Shown piece by piece: positions 23,053-36,494 of a stretch of 64,000 nt of DNA (position 1 is the stretch's first letter; every line of letters starts with the position of its first letter). This DNA comes from Lophium mytilinum (taxonomy: Eukaryota): assembly GCA_010093605.1 (NCBI GenBank), contig MU004181.1:930001-994000 (forward strand), in the 5' to 3' direction. Under the pieces are notes generated by a model. It did not search any database. It was not told the DNA's origin and saw nothing but the letters and a program-made list of their open reading frames with translations. Position numbers and translations under genes: made by a program.

Positions 23053-25210
23053 ATGTCGTTTCGCGGTCCAACTCCGACGCAATATGTAGCCATGGAAAAC
23101 AGTAAGGGGATACGCAACGACTACTTCACAGCCGCTCTGCGTAGCCTTTCGAAGACTCTTTTCCCTAAGTGGCACGCAGTGGCACATGCACCACCACCCT
23201 ACATACCTTTTTTCAAGTACCAGCCGCTCCCGGATCCCACACGTATGATTCGCCTCATCACGATCAAACCATCGCCGCATTACCAGTGGTACGATCCTGA
23301 GCAGATTATTGTTATCGAGACGAAGGTCGTGGTGCTGAAAGATTGTCCAGAGGAACATCCATTTGTCGCGATAAGTTACTGTTGGGGAAATCCAAACGAG
23401 ACGTCGAAGATCATTTGCGATGGGACCGTGATGACAATCACGAAGTCACTGCATGAAGCTCTCCTAAGATTCCGTGGCCCAACAAAAAGGACGTTTTGGG
23501 CCGACGCGATTTGTATCAATCAGACTGACGATGCAGAGGTACCTATTATGCCTGATATGTTCCATTCATAGATGGGTAATAACAGTCCTTTAGAAGACAC
23601 AACAAGTAAGACTGATGCGGGATATATACGAAAACGCATCAACAGTCGCCGTATGGCTGGGAGACGCGGGAGCGAACTCCGATCATGTTCTCAACGTATC
23701 GGAAGCATTTGGGAACGCCATAGAGTGTAGCCACGTTCGAGATTGGGAGGCTTTCTGGGACCCGACGGTCCAAAAAGAAATATTTCGACATCTTCCACAA
23801 CTTAGCGACATTGGCTGGAGCTCCGTAGGCCAGTTTCTTCAGCGACCATGGTGGGGACGTATGTGGGTCATTCAGGAAATCGCAGTAGCCCCTGATGCCA
23901 TGCTCCACTGTGGAAGCTCATCCACTTCTTGGTCCACGTTCTCGAACATGCTAAAGTTCATGCTTGCCGTCGGACTTCTAGAATCCCACCCCGACAATCA
24001 CGCAGAAAAGGTCGTAGCATTGATGAAGACCCGCGATAATTTCCAAAATAGCCTATACCAGGATTTCCTAGCTATGATGCTTCGCCATCGAGCATGCTCG
24101 GCAACGATTGGTAAAGACAAGATATTCGCTCTATCCGGCCTATCGATCTTCCCTCTCCAGCCAGATTACAGCAAGACGGATGCCGAAATCTTCACCGACG
24201 CCGCCATAGAAATGATGAAAATGGACGACAACAGCCTCAACATCCTCAGCGTCCCGCACGCACCCCACACCGCCGACCGCATCCTCCCCTCATGGATCCC
24301 TGACTGGACACATACCCCCTTCGTCGCCTCCTTAGTGCCATACAACTCGTCCTCCACATACCCACCATTCTCCGCCTCTGGCCTCCTCCCAGCCACAGAC
24401 ACCAACCCACCCTTCAAAATCTCCCTCTCCAAGACCACCCTGACCCTCACCGCTGCATACCAGCTCCCTGGCGGCACCGTTGTAGCCACCGCCCTAACCT
24501 GCCCCAGCACCCCCTGGTCCCCCACCCTCAGCTCCCTCATCAGCGCCGACCTCCGCCTGTACTCCGCCCTCGTCACCTGGGAAACCATCTCCCGCGCCCG
24601 CTCCAACCTCCCCTACATCACCGGCGAGCCGCACATGCGCGACGTCTACATGCAAACACTCCTCGCCGGGCGCCACGGACACAACACCCACGAACTCGAA
24701 GCATACCGCAAGAAATTCGCCGAGTGGGAGGAGAGCTGGCGCGTCTGGTACTGGCTGTTCCGGTCGCCGCTGCCGCCCGGGCTCGTCATCTGGATCTGCT
24801 GGCTCTTCGGCATGGCGGCCGTGGGGGTCATGTATGTGAAGCATATGGTCACGGGGTGGCATGCGGCGCCGGTGCTTTCGATGCCGGCGTCGGGCTCGGA
24901 TATCGGGTCGATTACTGATGCGCGCGACTTCAAGGCTGCGATTGCCGGGCGGCGGATGGTGAGGACGGAGAAGGGGTTTGTGGGGCTTGCGCTTGAAGGG
25001 GCGGAGGTGGGGGATGAGGTCTGGCTGGTGAAAGGGGCGCGGGTGCCGTTTTTATTGAGGCCGGAGCGGGAGAGGGAGAAGAGGAGGGGGGTGGGGGATG
25101 AGGAGGATGGGAGGGGTGCGTACACGCTTGTTGGGGATATATATGTGCATGGTGTTATGTATGGTGAAGCGTTTGAGCAGGAGCGGTGTGGCGAGATTTG
25201 TATAGTTTGA
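23053..25210 (+). CDS. HET-domain (HET-6-like) heterokaryon incompatibility protein
   Basis: HET motifs AISYCWG, FWADAICINQTD, QVRLMRDIY, RPWWGRMWVIQE, LPSWIPDW, YTLVGDIYVHGVMYGE; one intron ~23540-23593. Confidence 0.92.
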
Positions 25211-25582
25211 AGTGGGTGGAGTTGAGGCGTCTGCGTGTACTTGGTTGCCACTGTTCGCAGTCCTACAATGAACACGTTTTCAGAGAACTTGAACAAGATC
25301 TAGGGGGGTTGCTGTGAAAAACGGGTTGACTCGCCTAGCTAACTCAGACAACGTTAACTACCAGTACTACTCAGAATGTAAACTAGCAGACTTCCTGGGA
25401 TTCGCAGGTTCGCGAGGCCTGTGTCTTGCTATGGGTTGTGATGAATTCGGCGATCATATAGATGTGATTCAGACGTTATTGCACGCGATTGCTTCTCCAA
25501 TAGTGACATATAATACAGATATAATTGCAGGTATGATACACTGACCTTACAAAGCGGAACTTCCAGCTCTTTTCCGCAATCA

Positions 25583-26931
25583 CTATTGCTCCAGCTGTGC
25601 CCTCCTTGAGGGTTTGTTTCCAAAGAATGGGAGCTTTGGGACCAATCGCCCCAAAATACCATGCTTTTCTCTCGCCGCCACTTTATTGGCTCTCCTTTCA
25701 GCTTGTCTAGCTTCTTCTTTTTCTACATTTTGGCGTCTTTGCTCTATCTTTGCTAGACGAAAGAATTCCCCTTCCTCCCCCATTAGCGGGAATTGTTGCG
25801 GGTCCTCTTCTGGCAATGGGGGGAATCGCCTAAGATGGCCCATTTCGGCATGCAGAACCTCAGTCGGCCAAGATCCAAGAGCATGTTCTGCATCGGTCAA
25901 CTGTGCCCACTGAACGACGATGCCATCAATGCTCATTGGCGCTGGTACGGGCTTCCGAAACTGAATCGGCACGATTTTGGCGAGCGCGCGGTTTTCAGGG
26001 AGGACAGTGAATTTAGGCAGCTGGCTGCCCTCCTCGACTACGGGCAACTTGTCGGTCGCAGGCAACGTCTCAGCTGAGGGCGAAGTCTTGACTCCGGGTA
26101 GCTTCTCGGACGCCTCCTGATCAGACCGTGCATCTGTTAACTCAACAGGTCTGGCCTGCTTTTCGGCCTCTTTCTCCTTTGCTATTCTCTCCTCCTCTTC
26201 CTGGAATTTCAGTATCTGTTTTTGGCTTCTCTTGAGCAGGGCGTATTGCTGTCGGAAGACATTGATGGCCTTGTCGATACGTTGCCTCTCCTTGTCCCCT
26301 GTCTTTCGCTCGCGCTCAGCCTTCAGCCTCTCGATCTCGCCCTCAATTTTACTGAGCTCGCCTGCATCTACCTTCGCTGCTCGGCGCTTGACTTCCTCCC
26401 ATCGCTGCAATGCCTCCTCTTCCACCTCGGCCCGCCTCTTCCTTGCCATTTCCTCCAATTTAGGAGCCTGGTCCTTGAACATGGAGAGCACTTTTGCGAG
26501 GTCGGCAATCGAGTTCGCCTTCTGGTCCTTGATCCAATGAATTCGCTTCTTCTTTTCCATGCGCTTAATCTCCGGGTTGTTCTTATCCCATGATGTTTCG
26601 TGCAGGCGGCGGAATTCGCGAAGCATGCGGTAGGCCACTAGGCCCTGCTTATCGTTCGGGAAGAAGACGGTGAGGAGGGGGGTCCAGAGATCGGGGCGGA
26701 TTGTGGGGGGCTTGGAATTCTTTCCAATGAACGGGATCTGCTCTAATAGCGAGTCCTGTAGGCACAATATTAGATCGAGTCTTGATTGCATTGGGATGGC
26801 ATTGCACGTACATCGAGTTGGCGAGTGAAGGAGTAGAGGACCTGGTTCGTGTGAATCTCCTTCCAGAAGAAGATGTGCTGGCCCTGCTTGAACCGCTTGG
26901 GTATCGCGAGCTTGTTTGCAGAGCGCGGCAT
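25583..26931 (-). CDS. MHR1: Mitochondrial large ribosomal subunit protein mL67 / mitochondrial homologous recombination protein 1
   Basis: GQHIFFWKEIHTNQVLYSFTRQLD|DSLLEQIPFIGKNSKPPTIRPDLWTP...LREFRRLHETSW...DQKANSIADLA; one intron ~26757-26811; long coiled-coil insert. Confidence 0.88.
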
Positions 26932-27282
26932 AATGGGAGCATGAATTGATGGCTGGTACGGCGGCAATGGGTGGCCGGCGCCGCTGGGGATGGAGTCGTC
27001 GCGGTGGTGTTGCGGGAGTCGAGAGAAAGTTTACGGCGTGCCATCCGGACTTGGCCCGTGCGCGAGGGATGAGCTCGTGAAGGAGCACCTTGCGATGACC
27101 AGCGCATGCCACGCGGCAGTGAATGGACCCTTTTCTTCGTCGAAGTCCCCGCCGACTATGACTTGCATGCCAGACAATGTCTTTGCCATCCCTCCTGAGA
27201 CTCAGTCAAACAACATCGCCATTGCCCTCCTGAGGCTTGGTCTGCCTACGTGACAGCGCCAACATAGCATCTCCTGTCCGCC

Positions 27283-29252
27283 ATGTCGAGTGACGGGCCT
27301 CATACTGAGCATGCTCCAGTAAATGCCGGCGGGGTCTCCAGGGAGAGGCCGTGGTTACTTCCCTCCGTACGTCTTTGCCCCAGCACAGTGGACCGTCCAA
27401 GCTAATTCAAGCGTCATAGAACCGGAAGCTCAGGCACCTCCAAGGCATCACTCTCCGGAACCTCACGCTTGTCTCCAGTCCAGGCCGGCAGCGAGGGAGG
27501 ACCATAGACGATGGAGCAGTACCCTCCTCCCTTAAATCACCGTCCAAAGTGCTTGCGCTGCGGGAGACGCGCATAGTCGAGCATTCCCACTCCTCGTCCG
27601 ACCTCCGCTCTCTGAATGAGACGGACGAATTCTCAAATGGCAAAGAGAAACCCTCTCCGAAGAGCCTGCGGCCAGCATTCTCAAAATCAATGCGCAGGCG
27701 TAGTACAGCGACAGAATGGGCCGGCGCAAGTCCACTTGTCAGGCAGCAAAAACTGGAGGCTGTCACTGGGCACAGGATGGCAGATACCTTCTTTTCGTTG
27801 CACGTAGCGAACCATGACGATCCAGTATACATCAGCGAGATTGCGGAGCAGGCAATAAACCCCAATTTCCGCTTCTTCGACCTCGAATCATGTGGCCCTG
27901 CAGTCACGCGGCTTGACTGGCTGACGGTAAAGGTGTGGGCACGGAATGAATACATGAAAGGCTGGCAGTATCTTTTAGAGTACACAGCTCATTTCCGGGC
28001 GTTACAATTCATTGGGAGAACCCTTGAGACTTTCAATCACGCTCTTCCGCCTAATTGTATTCTGTTTCATATGACGGATGGGATATATACGAGCTTCATG
28101 GACATTCCCACTGGCCAGGAGATACCGCTTATATCTGCAGCACCTCCGAAGCATTCAACTGGGCCTGTTCTTCCCACCTCCTCATACGATCGGCTCGCAG
28201 AGCTCTCAACTTTGGATGAGTGCATTCAAGACGCCTTAGCAACGAGGGATAGGCTTATAGGAGAGATGGAGTCAATACTCGAGGATAATAAAGAGTCAAT
28301 ATCCATAGTTAATCGCGTCCCGGAAGCTCAGGAGATGGCAAAGAGAGTAGAGAGCGCTGTTGTAGCCGAGCAACGACGTCTGGAGGCTACCCGCAGAAAA
28401 AGAGACGAGAAAATCGCAAAGATTGCAGCGCGGAAGGAAGCAATGCAGAAGGGCAGGGAATCTCAAGAAAAGGCGAAGACCTATGTTGATGGTGCCCAAG
28501 AGAAGCTCAGGCAATGCAAAGAGACATCACAGCAGACAGAGGACGACATTCTCGGCCAACGACGACGCATATGCGAGGATCTGCAAAGAATATATCCTAT
28601 TGAGCCCATTCCCGGGAAATCTCTGTCTTTCACAATATGTGGCATGGCGCTTCCCAATTCGAACTTCGAGGACGCAAAAGAGGAGGTAGTCTCAGCAGCA
28701 CTAGGCTATGTGGCCCAGATCCTAAATCTGCTGTCGCCTTACCTTGCCGTGGCGCTGCCATATCCAGTCTCTCCATGCGGATCAACGTCGAACATCGAAG
28801 ACCCCATCTCTATGACGACCGGCCCGCGCACATACCCACTCTATATGAAGGGAGTTGCGGCGTACCGATTCGAATACGCAGTGTTCTTGATCAATAAGGA
28901 CATTGAGATTCTATCCAACTGGCTGGGGCTCAAACTCATGGACATTCGGCAAACGCTTCCGAATCTCAAATATTTGCTTTACATCGCTTCGTCTGGCAAA
29001 GGCGAACTGCCGGCTCGCAAAGCTGGTGGGATCCGAGGACTGTTGAGGCAGGGCATGCCTATGTCACGACAAGGGAGCATCGATAGCGTTGGGAGCAGTC
29101 CTGCTGAACTAAAAGAAGCCCCGGTAGGAGAGGCAACCAACGGACATAAGAAGAGCGAGAATGCCCGGAGTAATGGGGCGCCCATCACAGCGTATCAGTC
29201 ACTTCAGAAGTCGTCCGTCTTGCATGGCAGTAAGCTGAGAGAGGTCGAGTAG
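27283..29252 (+). CDS. VPS38: UVRAG/Vps38 (Atg14-family) class III PI3K complex subunit
   Basis: RERPWLLPS|NRKLRHLQGITLRNL N-terminus, coiled-coil middle, SAALGYVAQ...RFEYAVFLINKDIE C-terminal domain; intron ~27367-27419. Confidence 0.85.
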
Positions 29253-30045
29253 GGTAGCACTGTTGGATTGGCGGGTTTTGGCGATATTCAAGAGCAGCAC
29301 AGGGCGTACGAAATCAAGTATCCCTCTAGGTGTTCATACACATGGATGAAAGCTGTAAGCTGTTTTTCGGTGCAGTCTAGCTACTCCCGAGTTGGGTGGT
29401 GTAATATGACTATATGCTACCCCTGCAGATTCTCCTACCTGACTACAACCCCCTGTATCCGCCCAATCAAACGCTGGGTTTTCCGAGCCAGCGAATTGAT
29501 GGATACTGTCACGAGCTCCTTGATATTCTTTTGTCTTTGGACGCTCAGGGCTGTTCGAGGAGATTCAGGATGATTAGATATGTTGTGAATACATGTATAC
29601 AACGGAAGAATGCCAAACCAGCTGCTTCGGCTCCGACAGTCAGCGTGAGCAACACTAATACCTGCATCCCAAGGTTTCGCCTGTATACGTACACATGATT
29701 TCCTGTAGTGTGCTCAAAAGGCGGACTTCGCGTCCTGGCAAGGGCATGTCCAAACCTTCTAGGAATTACATGCTCGCAGTGACAAGAGCATCAAGCCCGT
29801 CATTTCGAAGAGTCGAAGCTGTCAGTCAGTCTTTTCTCCATTGAATATCTCGGTGCGAAGTCGCTTGGAACGGTGATCCTGGGCTGAACATCCCGCCTTC
29901 TGATTGGGCAGCCGAGTGCAAAGGAGACGTGGGAGATTAAGCGCATGCCCGCAGGAGGAGCTTCTTCCGAGCGCGACCTGGACCTCACCCCCGACACTTC
30001 CGCAACCTCCACCTCCTTCCGTTAGACATTTAATCCTCCGCCAAC

Positions 30046-31658
30046 ATGGCACAGCATAAAACGGAACCCTTCCCCCCTCTGAATTCGGCTCACCAGTCTG
30101 CACCCATGAAGAATTCGAAGAGTTCGCGGAATAAGCCTGTGGGAACCCTCCGGCGGCGGAAGTCCAGTGGCATCGGCGGCGAGCTTCCTGGAGACAATAT
30201 CGGCGGATCACTTGCAACTCTCCCGCCGCGTGTGGCCCAGTCGCTTCAGCACGTAAGTTAGCAGGGCATCCGAGTGCTATGCTCCTCCTTGCGTCCTCGT
30301 CATCAGCTCATAATGATCTAGCGCGCCTCCGAGAAGTCTGGTAAACGGTCAAAACGCCGGTCCGTCAAGAGGTTCTTCAGACGATGGAAGGCTATGTCGT
30401 TCAAGCACACCTGGGTGAATCCCTTGATCTTATGCCTGCTCATTGTCTCCCTCTACCTCGTCTACCCGTACCCTTCGAATCCAATCTCGGCCGCTCTCTT
30501 CCTCTCATACCCTCTGCCACTTGAGCCGGGATCCGATGGCCCTATCCACTATGGCAAAGGATCACGCGACCTAGCTTTTGTGGCCTTTTACATCATAGTC
30601 CTGACATTCACGCGCGAGTTCTTCATGCAGCGCGTTATACGACCGGCGGCAATCCGCGCCGGAATCCGCTCTCGCACGAAGCAAGCCCGCTTCATGGAAC
30701 AATCTTACACAGCCATTTACTTTGGCGTTTTTGGACCATACGGACTCTGGGTCATGTCACGAACGTCAATTTGGTATTTCAACACGACAGCCATGTACGA
30801 AGGATATCCGCACAAGACCCACGAGGCTGTTTTCAAGGCGTATTACTTGCTTCAGGCAGCGTACTGGGCGCAACAGATGATAGTCATGTGTCTGATGCTG
30901 GAGAAGCCACGAAAAGATTTCAAGGAGCTGGTGATGCATCATTTCATCACTCTCGCCCTGATCTGGCTGAGCTATCGCTTCCACTTCACACACATAGGCA
31001 TCGCTATATACATTACCATGGACATCAGTGACTTCTTCCTCGCTGTAAGTAGCAAGTACCAACTGTCTGCTGCGTAAGGCTAACATTGATGTCATAGACC
31101 TCGAAAGTCATCAACTACCTCGATTGGCCAATTGTTGGTCCTTATTTCGTCCTCTTCGTGTTTGTCTGGACCTACCTCCGCCATTTCATCAACCTCAAAG
31201 TCCTATATTCTATCCTCACAGAGTTCGCTACCGTAGGGCCATTCGAACTCAACTGGGAGCTCGAGCAGTACAAATGTCGATTGAGTCAAATCATAACCTT
31301 TGGGCTTCTGGCAGCGCTTCAGGCGGTCAATCTCTTCTGGCTATTCATGATTGCCCGGATTGCCTATAGATTTGTCGCCAATTGGGGCAAAGAAATTGCA
31401 GATGAGAGGAGCGATTACGAAGACACCGGCGACGAAGCTATCAATGAACGAGAGAACCCGGCCAACTCGAAAGTAGCGGAACCAGAGTCCAAATTGAATG
31501 GACACCCAAACGGCACGTCGAACGGCAAGCTAGCGGCGGCAACTCCGCAGGTCATGCTAAACGGCGAGCCAGTCCCGAGGTCACCCAGTCCCGCGGGGAC
31601 ACCAGCAACACCAGACACGATCAAAACTAGGTTACGAAAGAAAAAGGCCCGCTCATGA
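30046..31658 (+). CDS. LAG1: Ceramide synthase (TLC/Lag1 motif; Lag1/Lac1 subfamily)
   Basis: YGKGSRDLAFVAFY, ARFMEQSY, LEKPRKDFKELVMHH, MDISDFFLA|TSK, DERSD; introns ~30253-30321 and ~31045-31097. Confidence 0.93.
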
Positions 31659-32519
31659 GTGCAAGGACACTGATGCCTTCATTATTCGATATCTCGGATG
31701 AACAAATGTGCGTGATAATTACTTTTCCCTTCTACCGCACGCTTCATACGACTTGTAATATGGAGTTTTACAAACGATCCACTCGCTTCCGCGCTGGACG
31801 AGATTGCGGGTCTCACATTCTATACTTCTCTGAATATGCCTACTTTCAAGGTTTTTGACCTTTTCCCTTTCGCTGTACCAACACCCTTTTATCGCTGGTT
31901 TGAGCTGGTGGCTACTTCAATCTCGCGCACTGATGCCGAGATCACATCATGAGGCACCCGCGTTCTTGTATTTAGTCTCGCCTGGATGTTTGGCAGACGC
32001 AGTAATGTTTTGTGTCTTGCCTGATAACCTTCGCTTCTTTTCTTTCTGTCATTCCGCTGCGGTCTGCGGATAGGGTAGGTCATAGATCGGGGCAAGCTTG
32101 TTCGGTGGTAGTAAAATAATAGTATAATGAAGCATGAATAGAAAGGGGCAAAATGTTGTGCGTTCAGCCTTCCAGCTACTCCCTACGTGACGATGTCCGA
32201 TTTAAGTACCGACCGGCGGCAGTAATCATCACTTCGTTGTTAGGTTTGCAGATTTGGCAAGATGTAAGTTATATCCTTCAAGAAAAGCTGCGCTAGTTAA
32301 TTCGTCGATCACGATGAAAATTCAGAAGAGGCAAAGCATTTTCACCGAAGCAAGCGAGGGCTGGATTCCAGCAAGAGGGAAAACGAATGAAAGAATCGCG
32401 GAACACACGGCCGCGAGTTGGCGAAGGCGTCGGCCGGTTCGGTAGGCTCCGGAGGGGGGTGGGAAACCAAATGAGCTATCTGGTGAGTTGACGCCTACTT
32501 CCTGTGGCTCGAAACACAA

Positions 32520-32850
32520 GCTTGGCCAATAGTATGCCAAAATCGACGTCAAATGGCACGGACTGGCTCCACTTTATACATCTCACAGCACTGAAATTAA
32601 CCTAGAGATCAAGGTCTAATATCGGAGGTATGGCAATAACATGCCAAAAGTGACTTCAAATGGCACAGACTGGCTCCACTCTATACATCTTACCACACCA
32701 AGATTAACCCACTTCCCATAGTCCAATACACGAGCCAAGCCAATAACATGCCAAAACCGACTTCAAATCGCACGGACTGGCTCCACTTTATACATGTCAC
32801 AACATCGAAACCAACAGAGATTCAAACGCCCAATATCGGGTGTGTTGCAA
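32520..32850. repeat. Degenerate tandem array, 107-bp unit, about 3 copies
   Basis: ATGCCAAAAnnGACnTCAAATnGCACnGACTGGCTCCACTnTATACAT recurs at 32534, 32641 and 32748 (exact 107-bp spacing). Confidence 0.9.
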
Positions 32851-33842
32851 ACCAACAGTTCTTGGCGACCTGATTTACAAGCCACGCCAATAACCGGTTA
32901 ATCCAGAATAACACTAAATATGTACCCTTACTTACGCACCACAGCTTTAGACATCTCACTGAGTGGGAATCTAGATATCGCTGGTGCGATTTCTGAGCTC
33001 ACTTCTCCTCTCAATCGCAATCGGTTTGAAGATACTTTCTTTCTGTCACCTCTCTGGCACCTTCGATCTCTTGAATAGTTTCTTGATACATTTGACCCGT
33101 CATTCACAGACTTTGGCCATGTCCGCATTCACGTTCCTCGCCCGCTACGCCGCCAATCCAGTGACCTCACCTCACCTCACCGTCACCCTGATACCGAGCG
33201 CCCTCTCGTGCCAAGTGTAGAGCGCGCGATGATTCAAGCGAGATATCGTGGGCCTGTGACTCTAGATGTCGAGATTGGTGCGTGGCACAAAATAAGGACT
33301 CGTGTGGAAGCTTTCACAGGCTCGTCCTGATGCGATTCTGACCAGCCTAAACATGAAGAGGAGCTATGGAATATGCTTAAGCTGTGCGGTCTGGTCAAAA
33401 ACATGACCGACGACAGCCAATGTCCGCTGTGTGGTCGGGCGCCCGATTAAAAAGAGCTTACTTTCGAATTATAGCGTGGGGATGGCTTCAGGGTTGCTCG
33501 ATACTCATCATTGATGTGAGCCTTTAATCGGGGCGATTGCCCTTGGATTTCTCTTCTGTGACTTGAACACCAAAGTCTACTTCTTGGCAACTGAACGTTG
33601 TATTTGCAGCCTCGTTACGGTCAATAATGCTCTAAATAATCTTCTGAAAGTCGAAAGCTACCGAAAGCCTTCGCAGTCTAGATCTAAGATTAGATGGACT
33701 CGCATGATCACCGCCGTTTTCATCATTTCACTCACGAGTTTTTATCTTTCACTAGATCACACCCAACTGACCTAGCCCTCACGACAACACCATACAAACA
33801 GAGGACTCTGGCCTATCAATCTCCATCCACACGCCATCAGAC

Positions 33843-34850
33843 ATGAATCTCCCGAAGGCGAAGAGAGCTAGATTCGACTCTCAGAGGGCTACGGCGAATC
33901 TCCATCGAGGTAAGAAGCCGATTCTATTACGCGCATTCCAAAAAACAGCATTCCCTCTTTTGTCACTTGCTCATGTTCCACTCAAAACTCTCATGGTCAC
34001 TCCTTCCTCTCACTGACGGCCCCCTACAGACTACTCTGCCGAAACGCTCGAAAACATCAGGCGACTCCTCGGAGGACAGCCCGAACCGCACGAAGATATC
34101 ATCCCCTTCCCTTTCCTCAAACTGCCCAAAGACGTCCGTCTCGAGATCTACGACTTCGTATTCGAGAGCCGCCAATCCAGCGACCGGAATGCTCTGGCTC
34201 TCCGCCTGGCCTGTCGCCAGATCCACTCCGAATGCACGAAGATCGCCTTCGCCAAAACCACGTTCGTGATCAAGCCGATTCCCAGGAAGCGAAAGCGACA
34301 CCCGGCCGAGCTGACCAAGCTGGCTAAGAGAACCAGAGAGAACCTAAGACCAGAGCTGCTAGTTGATGAGTACTACATCACCTCCTTGCACACTCGCCTG
34401 AACACCCTGCCTGCTCACCTCGTGGCAAGCCTCGGCCGCCTCAGGATCGTGAATGGCCACGCCACGTTCAGTGACGCCGCGGGCGGGACGATTGCCGCCA
34501 GGCTCCCGAATCTGGCGATTGTTACCTTCTTCACGAGCCACGGAGGCTTGTTGCCGCCTGGATTCGATATGTTCATGTCACACTTCTCGTCCCGCGTAAA
34601 CGGGTCTCTGGTGGTCAAGATGACGAGGCCGGCTATGTTCCATACTACGCCTACTTATGTGGATCAGTGGTTGGAGCTTATCCAGCACAAGCATCTTGCG
34701 GAGGGATGGCAGGTGAAGAGAGATGTGGAGGCGGAGTTGACTGGTGGGACTACGTTGATGATCTACAGCCAGTGGACAAAAGTCTGCTCCAAGCACCCGA
34801 CGAATTCTGGTGGGAAACGCACGGCTCATCGGATCAGACTGCTGTCCTAG
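33843..34850 (+). CDS. F-box-like motif hypothetical protein
   Basis: Exon 33843-33909, intron GTAAG..CTACAG to 34029, then FPFLKLPKDVRLEIYDFVF...LRLACRQIHSECTKIAF continuing in frame into ORF 34266-34850. Confidence 0.7.
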
Positions 34851-35198
34851 TACTGTACCGTAAGGATTGAGGAGATCCCTGGCGGCTTGCGTCTGGAGAA
34901 CGATGTGGAAGGTTTCTTCGATGGCATCCGACGAGAGTGGGGAGGCTTTATCAGAACACGGAGAAGAACAGAGGTCTGATCAGGCGGGACATGTCCGATT
35001 TTCTTCAAGAGTAGAAAGCTTTCTTTTGAGATCTTTGCGTCCTTGCTCACTACTGCTTTTGGGGTTTCTGCTTACGTTCTCAAGCTTAAGGATGAAGTAC
35101 AGGCGGTATGCTCTTCGGCACATCATCCCACCTTTGATTTCAAACTTCTCTGATCCAATCTTCTTGGTCTCAGGTACAGTGCTATTCAATCTCTGCTC

Positions 35199-35784
35199 TT
35201 ACCACCGCTTGGCATACTTTAAGTACCCTCTTAAATAACTAAACAAAGTATCATTCATGCGACCACAACCCGTGCAAGCTCCCACTAATCTCCAGTCCCC
35301 GCAACACACACTCCCACACGGCGGCAAGCTCACACACACCACATCCGCCACCTCCATCCCGAAACCCTCCCCATATGCCTCGAACAATTGCAGCACTTTC
35401 TCTGGGATAGCGGCCGAGGAGCCGTAGAGTATCTCCGGGTCATCTAATCCCATGTCAACACAGCTGCCTCTCTAACCAATCTAGACGCAGGATCGTGGTA
35501 GTGGGGGATATCGCACCATACTCGTATCGTAACGTCCCGCCGCTGGCGGTCACGGCTTCCTGAAACAGTGTGTGGGTGGCTGCGGGCGTGGTGGAGGGGC
35601 AGGTTACGATGACGACGCGCAGGGCATTGCCGGCGCAGTTGGTGCTGTTGGAGAGGGCGGTGCAGTCGTCGCGGTGGATGAGGTGGGTGGAGCGCGGGTG
35701 GGGGTGGAAAGAGGTGGGAAAGGCGTTTGTGAAGGCGAGGGAAAGGGAGAGTGAGAGAGTGAGGGAGAACGTCGGGAAACACAT
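35199..35784 (-). CDS. Secreted peptidase inhibitor I9-like protein with Cys-rich tail
   Basis: Signal-peptide-like N-terminus; VIVTCPSTTP...AVTASGGTLRYEY|DDPEILYGSSAAIPEKVL resembles the I9/subtilisin propeptide fold; one GT-AG intron ~35445-35516. Confidence 0.55.
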
Positions 35785-36494
35785 TGCAGAGGGTGATAAG
35801 ATGACGCGTTCGGAGTCTGTGGATAAGTGGAGAAGAACTCGTTCAGGATAGACGCAGTTGAGGTTGGGAAAGTGATTGAAGTCGGGAGTGTGATTGAAGT
35901 TGAGAGTTAGTAGTCCTTACTTTTGTATGTTCTCTGGCGTTGCTTGGTACAGCATTTACTAGGTTGATTGTAAGTAGGGTTGAGAAATGGGATCGGCTTG
36001 TTGCCCGTCTGTAAGCTGCAAGACGAAGCATGATTCGCGGATAATCTATTAGAAAAGTCGAAGGATCAAATTCGTATAGAACTAAATGAAGTGAGTGGAT
36101 GGCTTGGCAGCACTATAATGATTATGCTGTGTAACATGCTCGATGTGTTGCTACAGATCTGGACGGGGAATAATTCTGTTAGCGGTGCGGCATTTTGAGT
36201 ATTTGCTGTAAAGCTGCTATACCACCGTGAGCAGCCGCAGAAAGGTTTGCCCACTTTCTGAGAACGTGGTGGATAAGATGAAGGTGTAGCGTTTGAAATT
36301 GCTGGTGTGGATCTGTGAGACGCCTCAGGCAACTGCTCAAAGATCTTAATATTTACGAAGAGCTATAGTAGGCTACGAAATTCGTAAGCCATCAAGCAAA
36401 GGGAGCAATTACTGAATATTCTCTGACCTAGGTAGCATGTGCTACTTTTGGAAGCCCAGGGAATTTATTATTCGACGTCGTATGATGTGGCTTG

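Noticed and set aside
32520..32850. CRISPR-like appearance of conserved cores with more variable spacers
   Set aside because: Eukaryotic context, no cas genes, degenerate cores and spacers that are homologous to each other.
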